A stretch of DNA of 64,000 bases from an uncultured Bdellovibrionales bacterium (GTDB taxonomy: Bacteria; Patescibacteriota; Minisyncoccia; Moranbacterales; UBA1568): the NCBI GenBank assembly GCA_964543815.1, contig CAZIZG010000004.1:5438-69437 (forward strand), in the 5' to 3' direction. The translations under genes and the position numbers were made by a program. Below are positions 1-7,632 of the stretch, piece after piece (within the stretch, counting starts at the first letter, position 1; the number at the start of each line of letters is the position of its first letter). Below the pieces are notes generated by a model. That model ran no database searches, had not been told where the DNA came from, and saw only the letters and a list, made by a program, of their open reading frames with translations.

Positions 1-539
1 ACAATAATCTCATCTCCGATAGCGAGTTCTACTCCGGAGAGCGTGTACTGATGGCGAAAAATGAGGCAGGAGAGGAGACTCTCATCCTTACTATCCTTAA
101 TAGTGAAGTACACGACCCGCTCCCGCACATCGACACTCGACACCTCGCCCTGAATCCGCGCTGCCATCCCAGAAAGTTCGATATTGAGTCCATCCAAAAA
201 CTCACTGACCGAGATCGTCTTTTCCTCCGTTGGTGCTAATATTTCGTCCGGGGTACCCACGAGTGACTGAAAAAAAGCATCATTTTCACTTTTTTCTGGT
301 CTTGCCATTTCTGTCGTAACCAGACCACCGTTCTCAGCAATAATTCGCAAAAGAACCGCTCCGTATTTCCCAAACTTGGCCTCTTTGATGCCTTTAACCT
401 GGAGCATCTCTTCTTTCGTTCGTGGTAACGCGCCCACTAACGCTTCCAAAGTAGCATTGGACAGCACCCGATATTGCTCCACTCCTTCGATGCGTGCCTG
501 ATGATTACGCCAATTCCGAAGTTCATTCAAAAGAGACAT
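1..539 (-). CDS. xseA: HRDC-domain / exodeoxyribonuclease VII large subunit fusion (5' part; runs off window start)
   Basis: Not in the ORF track. Manual translation from ATG 539 gives MSLLNELRNWRNHQARIEGVEQYRVLSNATLEALVGALPRTKEEMLQVKGIKEAKFGKYG (HRDC-like), then SVSEFLDGLNIELSGMAARIQGEVSSVDVRERVVYFTIKDSKDESLLSCLIFR (XseA N-terminal OB-fold-like). Confidence 0.75.
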   Translation of the reverse strand, partial: MSLLNELRNWRNHQARIEGVEQYRVLSNATLEALVGALPRTKEEMLQVKGIKEAKFGKYGAVLLRIIAENGGLVTTEMARPEKSENDAFFQSLVGTPDEILAPTEEKTISVSEFLDGLNIELSGMAARIQGEVSSVDVRERVVYFTIKDSKDESLLSCLIFRHQYTLSGVELAIGDEII

Positions 540-794
540 TTACCCTGTGTAATAAGATTTAAGTCGATTGCGCAAAAACATCTTTCCCCTGTACGATTTC
601 AAGTACTTTTCTCGATGTGTTGCATCTTTCTGATTTAGACACGCCTCGTAATATATTAACTCAAGTGGCCTCCTTTCCTTTGTTGATTCTACTAATCCTT
701 TCTGATGTAGCTTAAATCTTAATCGCAAATTATTCGTGTATCCAGTATACATGTTTCCATCTGTTTTACTTTGCAGTATATAAGTATAGAACAT
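540..794 (-). CDS. Small stand-alone GIY-YIG nuclease (UPF0213-like)
   Basis: YTYILQS..GNMYTGYTNNLRLRFKLHQKG..STK.RRPLELIYYE..ATHREKYLK pattern, 84 aa. Confidence 0.92.
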   Translation of the reverse strand: MFYTYILQSKTDGNMYTGYTNNLRLRFKLHQKGLVESTKERRPLELIYYEACLNQKDATHREKYLKSYRGKMFLRNRLKSYYTG

Positions 795-823
795 ACTATA
801 TAATTTGCGATATTACACAGGGT
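542..823. mobile_element. Candidate element: GIY-YIG gene enclosed by perfect 13-bp inverted repeats
   Basis: ACCCTGTGTAATA 542-554 and TATTACACAGGGT 811-823. Confidence 0.55.
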
Positions 824-827
824 GGAA

Positions 828-3800
828 CTATCGTCCTTGGTTATAGAGCGCAGCAACCTCAGCAGCCGAAAAGGCTCGATTGTAAGTTCGCACCTCATCC
901 AATTGTCCACTGAAATACTGCCCATCCGCTGAAGATGCTATATAATCAATCGTTGTGTTCCCAGACTGAGCCACATCGGAAAAAAGACGCGTGGCTGAAC
1001 CGCCATCCACATACAAATCAACTTTGTTACTACTGTTCCTAGTCACTACCATATGGTGCCAGGCATTGACAGCCGCCGGCGCAACCGTGTTATCACTCGA
1101 GCCCCCACCAATAACCCGGATAAAGTAGTTTCCACTCACCAACCCATATTTTATATAAATCCCGCCCGTTGTATCCCCCCCAAGCATTATACCCGTTTGG
1201 GAGTTATTCGATGTTTTATACCACCAAGAATACGTGAATTCTCCAGTATATGTCGTATTCGTCACGTCAACATAGTCATTTGTTCCATCAAATGACAGGG
1301 CCTGACTAATCTTACCAATCGTCTTCGTTGGGCCATTGGTGAGCGTCCCAGTATTTCCTATCCCGCTCCGATCATAGGCTGTCGTCCCACTCATATCCTG
1401 ACCATTGAATGACCAGTAGCCTTTCAGACTGGTGTCGACTCCGGTAGGTGCGGTAAGGCGGTAGAGTCGAGAGATTTCATCACTAGAAAGACCTCGACTA
1501 TACACTCTTACGTCATCAACTGAACCAGGGAAATACTGAGAAGCAGAGCGAAGAGCCCCAACAGAGACACGATCAAAAGTTGTCGTCCCTAGAGTTGTAG
1601 TTGAACTCGCCTGCAAGACCCCATCAATATAGAATTTATGATCTCCAGCTGAGCTACTGACTCCTATGGCATGATGCCAGGTATTATCATTCAAACTACT
1701 CGATGTCGAACACATTGATGCCGAATTAAACTGACCATCATCTCTCACAATATACTTTACTTTTCCTCCCCCACAAGGATCAACACTCGAAGTAAACTGA
1801 AGTACTGCTAATGGATCACCAGAAGAAGCGTTTCCTACATTCACTACTGTTCGATAGCTATCAGTTGCATTAGAAGTCTTAAACCAGGCACTAACAGTCA
1901 GAGGAAATCTCGTTACCGTAGCCGCAGCAGTTGATATATGATCATCCGTCCCATCAAACGTCACAGCACTCCCGATTTGCCCTGTCGTCCAGGTCGGACC
2001 ATTGGTGAGCGTCCCGGTGTTACCATTCGTAGATACGTCGGTGGCACTGGTTCCACTCCCATTATCAAGTGGCCAATAGCCAGCAAGACCGCTATCGAGG
2101 CGGCCGGTCCCTTGAGGCTGAGAAACGCTCGAATTAGTCTTGTCATCAGCCCCAGCGTCATAAAGACCCTTCACTTCAGCCGCAGAAAGAGCTCGATTGT
2201 ACAATCGCCCCTCATCAAGAAGACCGGAGAAATCCCAGTTATTGCCATTTCCTCCAAAAGTAAAAGCGGAGCTCGATGACTGAATAGTGGAGACGGTGGC
2301 TGTCCCCTGATACAGTACCGTACCGTCAAGATAGAGCTTCATTCCATTTGACCCTGTCGTTCCGTCCCACGTCGCCATGAGATAATGCCACTGATTATCA
2401 AGAAGGGGTGTAGCACTCCCGGAAATAACATTGGCTGTTGTCCCATTGGAGGTCTGAAAATAGACGGCGCTCGAAAGAATGCCAATCTCATACACCTTGT
2501 TTGCAGAAAGATCAAAACATTTGTCACTTGATCCTATCGCCTTACTCATAATACAGCTATCAGTATCGCTGGTTTTAATCCATACCCCCATACTGATAGC
2601 TCCAGTGATATCAAGAGTATTGGCATCTGCGACCGTCACATAGTCATCTGTCCCATCAAACGAGAGGGCTTGACCCACTTTCCCAGTTACTTTCGTTGGA
2701 CTATTGGTAAGTGTCCCTGTGTTCTTCGCCCCAGAGCGATCGTAAGCCGTTGTTCCTGAAACATCCTGGCCATTGAATGACCAGTATCCTTTGAGTCCCG
2801 TATCGACTCCAGTAGGTGAGGTAAGCCGATAGAGCTGCGCCACTTCATCAGCGGAGAGAATACGGTTATAAAATCGTACTTCGTCTAAAGTGACATCTCC
2901 ATACAAATCTGGCGAACCACCTCCATTTCTGGCACCCATGATGGCGCTATTGATAGTCAGTCCAGTATTGGGGGTGGTCGTGGTACCACTCCCCGCAAAT
3001 ACTCCATCAATATAAAAGGTCATGAGATTGGCAGCTCCTGAAACCGCCGTTACCATATGCCAGTTGGTATCAGTAATAGTGGTTGTAGAAGTAATATCAA
3101 CAAACCCGGTACCAGTAACCCGAAAGATACAGTGGACCTTATTATCAGTTCCCATGTAGAAAAACAGCCCCTCTTCCTGAACAGAAGCATCCCGCTCCCA
3201 AAATATATAATCCACCTCTCCGGAAGCATCACGTTTCACCCAGGCAGATATGCTCATATTAGCCTGTGGTTTAATGGCAGCCGTTGGGGAGATGGTGATG
3301 TAATCATTGGTGCCATCAAAGGTCACTCCGCTCCCTATCTGCCCTGTGGCCCATGTCGGGCCATTGGTGAGAGTACCATTACTCCCGTTGGTCGAGGCAT
3401 CAGCCGCGCTCGTCCCGGTATTCTCATCAAGCTTCCAGTAGCCCGCCAGTCCTGAGTCAAGGCGACCGGTTCCTTGGGGCTGCAGGATGCTACTGTTCGT
3501 TTTGTCACTTTGACCAAGATTATAGAGAGACTGAATTTGAGCAGCCGTGAGGGCAGTATTATAGACACGGACCTCATCAATAGCTGCGTTTACATTGCGC
3601 TGTCCACCAGTATCATCACCCACGACAAAACTGTCACTATTAGAAACAGAACCGCTAGTAGCAGTCATCGAAGTATTGAAAACGCCATCGATATAGAGAT
3701 AGGTAGTACTCCCCGAACGGAGTCCTACATAATGATGCCACTGATTATCATTGGCTGTTGCTAGAGTAGCAGTGAGGTCATAGTCTGTCGTCCCATTACC

Positions 3801-4316
3801 AATAGCAAAAAGCATTTGATTAGCACTGGAATAACGAAAACCATAGCCAGCAGTGTTCGGGGCGTTCACATTCTTTTTCCCTACAGGAATATTAACCGAA
3901 CTCCCCTGTGATGAATACCCACTCCCTTTCATCCAGAACCCGACCGAAAAATCACCGGAACCGAAATCGAGCGTTCCACCTCCTGGATCACCCATCGTCA
4001 CATAAGCATCAGCATCAGAGCCACCGGGAAAGAAGTTAAGGGCCTGACCAACCTGGCCTTTGACCTTTGCCGGGCCATTAGTGAGTGTCCCGTTGTTCCC
4101 CGAGCCACTTCGATCATAGGCGGTAGTACCAGAAATATCATCTCCGTTAAATGACCAGAGACCAACCAGGCCATTCGTCACCATGTCGTTTTGAGACTGA
4201 TTGAGGGTGCTGCCATACACTTTGAAATACCAATAGGCACCAGCAAAAACGGCCAGTATTAAAACTATTCCAATCCATTGGAACATTCTGGCTTTAGTTG
4301 TTGAGTAGTTTGGCAT
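828..4316 (-). CDS. N-terminally anchored surface protein with five LamG/concanavalin-like domains
   Basis: N-terminal TM helix; five repeats of G.W.(F/L)(N/D)...A.D.S..GN.GTL.NGP...G..GQAL.FDG..D...WHH...Y.DG...DEVR.YNRALS. Confidence 0.9.
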   Translation of the reverse strand: MPNYSTTKARMFQWIGIVLILAVFAGAYWYFKVYGSTLNQSQNDMVTNGLVGLWSFNGDDISGTTAYDRSGSGNNGTLTNGPAKVKGQVGQALNFFPGGSDADAYVTMGDPGGGTLDFGSGDFSVGFWMKGSGYSSQGSSVNIPVGKKNVNAPNTAGYGFRYSSANQMLFAIGNGTTDYDLTATLATANDNQWHHYVGLRSGSTTYLYIDGVFNTSMTATSGSVSNSDSFVVGDDTGGQRNVNAAIDEVRVYNTALTAAQIQSLYNLGQSDKTNSSILQPQGTGRLDSGLAGYWKLDENTGTSAADASTNGSNGTLTNGPTWATGQIGSGVTFDGTNDYITISPTAAIKPQANMSISAWVKRDASGEVDYIFWERDASVQEEGLFFYMGTDNKVHCIFRVTGTGFVDITSTTTITDTNWHMVTAVSGAANLMTFYIDGVFAGSGTTTTPNTGLTINSAIMGARNGGGSPDLYGDVTLDEVRFYNRILSADEVAQLYRLTSPTGVDTGLKGYWSFNGQDVSGTTAYDRSGAKNTGTLTNSPTKVTGKVGQALSFDGTDDYVTVADANTLDITGAISMGVWIKTSDTDSCIMSKAIGSSDKCFDLSANKVYEIGILSSAVYFQTSNGTTANVISGSATPLLDNQWHYLMATWDGTTGSNGMKLYLDGTVLYQGTATVSTIQSSSSAFTFGGNGNNWDFSGLLDEGRLYNRALSAAEVKGLYDAGADDKTNSSVSQPQGTGRLDSGLAGYWPLDNGSGTSATDVSTNGNTGTLTNGPTWTTGQIGSAVTFDGTDDHISTAAATVTRFPLTVSAWFKTSNATDSYRTVVNVGNASSGDPLAVLQFTSSVDPCGGGKVKYIVRDDGQFNSASMCSTSSSLNDNTWHHAIGVSSSAGDHKFYIDGVLQASSTTTLGTTTFDRVSVGALRSASQYFPGSVDDVRVYSRGLSSDEISRLYRLTAPTGVDTSLKGYWSFNGQDMSGTTAYDRSGIGNTGTLTNGPTKTIGKISQALSFDGTNDYVDVTNTTYTGEFTYSWWYKTSNNSQTGIMLGGDTTGGIYIKYGLVSGNYFIRVIGGGSSDNTVAPAAVNAWHHMVVTRNSSNKVDLYVDGGSATRLFSDVAQSGNTTIDYIASSADGQYFSGQLDEVRTYNRAFSAAEVAALYNQGR

Positions 4317-4318
4317 TC

Positions 4319-4451
4319 ACCCTGTGTAATTCATGATTGAAATAATTTCAATCATGAATAAAATTATTTCCCTACGACCTCTTCATTTTACCATTTTTTT
4401 CCCTAGGATACACCGGGCACACATATGATACATTTTGCAATTACACAGGGT
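4319..4451. repeat. Second inverted-repeat pair of the same family; contains a 31-bp perfect palindrome and a predicted promoter
   Basis: ACCCTGTGTAATT 4319-4331 and AATTACACAGGGT 4439-4451; ATTCATGATTGAAAT-A-ATTTCAATCATGAAT 4329-4359. Confidence 0.8.
4385..4393 (-). promoter_or_regulatory. Extended -10 promoter for the LamG gene
   Basis: TGGTAAAAT on the minus strand about 70 nt upstream of ATG 4316. Confidence 0.45.
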
Positions 4452-4457
4452 AAATAA

Positions 4458-4492
4458 AAAACAGAGTTCTGCCTGAGGCAGAACTCTGTTTT
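4458..4492 (-). terminator. Intrinsic terminator downstream of dsbA-like gene
   Basis: 17-bp inverted repeat AAAACAGAGTTCTGCCT/AGGCAGAACTCTGTTTT with T tracts. Confidence 0.75.
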
Positions 4493-4510
4493 ATGCCCTA
4501 AAAAACCCTC

Positions 4511-5341
4511 TTATTTGAGATACTTCTCGATTGTCAGCTTGAAACCATCGATAGACTGAGCCCCAACTACCCGTTCACCGGTTACCGTCCCGTTACTCTC
4601 GAGCTTACCAATAACAAAACTCGGAGTACCAGAAATACCTGCTTTGCCGCCGTCAGCGATGTCCTTCTGAATTTCCTCCTTCACAGCGTCAGTAGCCGAG
4701 CACGTTGCAACCGTCTTGGCATTAGCTCCTACTTTCCCAATGAGCTCATCAAGCTTCCCTGCTACGAGACCTTTGCCGTTAGTCTGAGTATTCTCATACA
4801 ATGCCTTAGCAAAAGCAAAGTAGGCAGTATCACCCTTCTCCTTTCTCACACATTCAGCCGTTGCTGCCTCGATCGTAGCGTTCGGATCGTGAAATGAGAG
4901 CGGAAAATCACGGAAAACCACAATAGCCTTCCCGGTATCGACATAGTTTTTCACCAAAGCATCAAAGGTATCAGCATGAAACTTTTTACAGAAAGGACAT
5001 TCATAGTCGCTATACTCCACGATAGCCACTTTGGCTTTCTTCTTATCTCCGAGGACGGGATCATCATCAATAGAGGTGACAGCACTCGTATCCTGATTAC
5101 CCGGCGCTGCCTGCTGAGTTCCCTGAGCAGTACCCGTTCCTTTCGTAGCTCCCTGAGGAGAGAGCGTCAGGATAGAACCCGCAATGATAAGACTCCCTAA
5201 AAGGACCGCTCCGGCTACCAAAAGTGCCTCCTTCAGTAATTTCTTTTCACAGGCACCACACTTTCCACATTTCTGACATGCGGAACCATCAGCAACTGGC
5301 ACGACTGACTCTTCCTTTGTCGGCAAAACTTCATTTTCCAT
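4511..5341 (-). CDS. Membrane-anchored DsbA-family thiol-disulfide oxidoreductase
   Basis: EYSDYECPFC, FRDFPL, GISGTPSF motifs; N-terminal TM. Confidence 0.9.
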   Translation of the reverse strand: MENEVLPTKEESVVPVADGSACQKCGKCGACEKKLLKEALLVAGAVLLGSLIIAGSILTLSPQGATKGTGTAQGTQQAAPGNQDTSAVTSIDDDPVLGDKKKAKVAIVEYSDYECPFCKKFHADTFDALVKNYVDTGKAIVVFRDFPLSFHDPNATIEAATAECVRKEKGDTAYFAFAKALYENTQTNGKGLVAGKLDELIGKVGANAKTVATCSATDAVKEEIQKDIADGGKAGISGTPSFVIGKLESNGTVTGERVVGAQSIDGFKLTIEKYLK

Positions 5342-5397
5342 AGTCGTTACTTCTCAACGATTTAACTGCTCCAGTGTACCATAAAATGACGCCTCCC

Positions 5398-6111
5398 TCA
5401 AAGAGTCTTTGTCTCTTGAGACTGGCGAGAGAGATTATAGTCACGATAGCTCTTGGCTACAGCATCAATACCTCGCTTGAGGGGTGGCAAAAAATTCTGC
5501 CAAGCTAAAAGCTTGAGACTTATATACGCAAAAGTGATCAGAGCTGCTTGTATGAGAGCCAGAGGAGATATTCCTCGTTGAATGGAGAAATGATGAATGA
5601 GCACAAGCGGCAACACTACATATACCATCCGATGAAGACGCTTCCAGTTAATACCTCCCAAACTCCGCTGAGCCCAAACATTTGAAGTCAAAAGAAGAGG
5701 TAACGTAATACCATACGCTACCAATCCCAAGAAATACGGAATACTCTCCCCTGAAAGGCCAGTTTCTTGAAAAAGCGCCGTGATAGACCCGGCCCAGTCA
5801 GGATCAATGAAATACCCCAGTCCATGGACAGTGGCAAGGTATCCCATCATAATTCCCATCTCCCGCCGTAAAGCCATCAGCTGGAGCAATATTCTCGTCC
5901 GAAGAATTTTCGAGACTGGACTGAGAAACAATACTCCTAACAGCATAAGCTCAGCCGCGCTCCCAAAATTCCGACGTAATTCAGGAAAGAGCAATCCGAA
6001 CAATGCCAGATGAGCCACCACAAGCAATGTCCTTTTTATGAGAAGAAAGTGGGTTGCAAGTAAACTACTCGCCCAATCATGGAGTCGATATAACGGAAAA
6101 AGGTAGGTCAT
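5398..6111 (-). CDS. Ferric reductase-like transmembrane protein (MsrQ/YedZ-like)
   Basis: RREMG..YLATVH, LLLTSN..WKRLHRMVY..IHH heme-ligand pattern. Confidence 0.8.
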   Translation of the reverse strand: MTYLFPLYRLHDWASSLLATHFLLIKRTLLVVAHLALFGLLFPELRRNFGSAAELMLLGVLFLSPVSKILRTRILLQLMALRREMGIMMGYLATVHGLGYFIDPDWAGSITALFQETGLSGESIPYFLGLVAYGITLPLLLTSNVWAQRSLGGINWKRLHRMVYVVLPLVLIHHFSIQRGISPLALIQAALITFAYISLKLLAWQNFLPPLKRGIDAVAKSYRDYNLSRQSQETKTL

Positions 6112-6120
6112 ACTCTGTAT

Positions 6121-6207
6121 TTAATGAGAAAAAAAGAAATACATGCCCGTCAAAATAACAACGTGCATGAACGCCAGCCCTATTACTATCACAAGCGTTT
6201 TATCCAT
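6121..6207 (-). CDS. Putative 28-aa membrane peptide
   Basis: MDKTLVIVIGLAFMHVVILTGMYFFFSH; ends 9 nt before the start of the MsrQ-like gene. Confidence 0.4.
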   Translation of the reverse strand: MDKTLVIVIGLAFMHVVILTGMYFFFSH

Positions 6208-6324
6208 GATTCAAGAACAAGGGTATTATTTTTTATCATAGCGAAGAAACAAAGGAATGGGAAGAATTCCCCTTAGAAAAGGAGATGAAATGTGGTATCC
6301 TGAGGATACATTCGAAACACAAAC

Positions 6325-7629
6325 ATGAGCGATCCGATTATCGTCGTTGACAAGCTGCGCATCATCTACAATCAGGGGAAATCCAATGAAACCCGCGCGC
6401 TTGAAGAAACGAATTTAAGCATTTACCCGCAGGAATACGTCATTATTTTCGGCCCTTCCGGCTGTGGTAAGTCGACACTCCTCTATTCAATCTCCGGCCT
6501 ACAGTCGCCTACCTATGGTGATGTGCTTATTTCTGGCACTTCCATTGCCAAGATGACTCGCCGAGAGGAGCTAGAACTGCACCAAACAAAAATTGGTATG
6601 GTGTTTCAGGCCTTTTATCTCATTTCTTCACTCGATATCCTCGATAATGTCTGTTTACCTAAAGTCTTCCGGGGAGAAGCACCAAGTGAACGTAAACAAG
6701 TAGGCATCCAGCTCCTTCGTCGGTTTGGCATCGTCGAGCAAGCCGATAAATTTCCCAATCAACTCTCCGGTGGTCAAAAGCAGCGCGTCGCTATCGCTCG
6801 CTCGCTCGTGAACAATCCAGAAATTATTCTGGCTGATGAGCCAGTAGGAAACCTCGACAGTGAGAGCGCCGAGAACGTGCTCAAAATCCTGAAAGAGCTC
6901 AACACGGTCGACAAAAAAACGATCATCATGGTGACCCATAACCCAGAGCATCTCATTTATGCTGATCGGGTTATCCATATGAAGGATGGTCGGGTCATCA
7001 AAGAGGAAGTTTTCAAGGAAAAACGACCGATTGAGGCTAAGAAAAAACCAGAAGAGATTGATAGTCCCGAATCGAGTGAGCTCAAAATGCTCATGGCCTC
7101 GTTTAAAAGCCTCCTGCCTCAACAGGTTGATGTTCTCCTGGTGCCTTTCAAGGCCAAACAGCTTCTCTCACATCTCCTATCAGAACTTTCAGAAGAGCAG
7201 GTTAGCATGGCCGAAGCCTTCCTCAAGGAACTCCTGTTTAAAAATATTGATACCAACATTTTCAAGGAGCGCCTCGACCTCGATCTTGACGAAGGTGGTG
7301 CCGGCTGGAATCGTCTCCGAGCCGATTCCTTTGCAGCTCGCACCCAAACTATTCTTGATCAGTCTCAAAAACTTAAGGCCTCTCCCGAAACTGGTGCTGT
7401 TACACTTCAGGAATATCTCACTGAGCATTTCCACCTCAAATTAAGCGAGGAACAAAAACTTCGTCTCCAAGCAACGCTTAAACTCCGACTAGAAAGTAAA
7501 ATTGGCCAACTCGAGATGCAGCGCCGACTCGATACCCGTATCACAGAAAATGGGGTTGGTCTTCACAAGGGTACTGCTGAAAAAATGGTCCGGGAGATTG
7601 AAATTATCATGCTCCTCAAATACAGCTAA
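6325..7629 (+). CDS. MacB/LolD-type ABC transporter ATP-binding protein with about 200-aa C-terminal extension
   Basis: GPSGCGKS, LSGGQKQRVAIAR, ILADEP, MVTH motifs. Confidence 0.92.
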   Translation: MSDPIIVVDKLRIIYNQGKSNETRALEETNLSIYPQEYVIIFGPSGCGKSTLLYSISGLQSPTYGDVLISGTSIAKMTRREELELHQTKIGMVFQAFYLISSLDILDNVCLPKVFRGEAPSERKQVGIQLLRRFGIVEQADKFPNQLSGGQKQRVAIARSLVNNPEIILADEPVGNLDSESAENVLKILKELNTVDKKTIIMVTHNPEHLIYADRVIHMKDGRVIKEEVFKEKRPIEAKKKPEEIDSPESSELKMLMASFKSLLPQQVDVLLVPFKAKQLLSHLLSELSEEQVSMAEAFLKELLFKNIDTNIFKERLDLDLDEGGAGWNRLRADSFAARTQTILDQSQKLKASPETGAVTLQEYLTEHFHLKLSEEQKLRLQATLKLRLESKIGQLEMQRRLDTRITENGVGLHKGTAEKMVREIEIIMLLKYS

Positions 7630-7632
7630 ACT

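Noticed and set aside
542-4451. CRISPR array or classical integron attC sites
   Set aside because: The repeats are inverted pairs with irregular spacing, there are no cas genes, they lack RYYYAAC/GTTRRRY cores, and no IntI-type integrase is adjacent.
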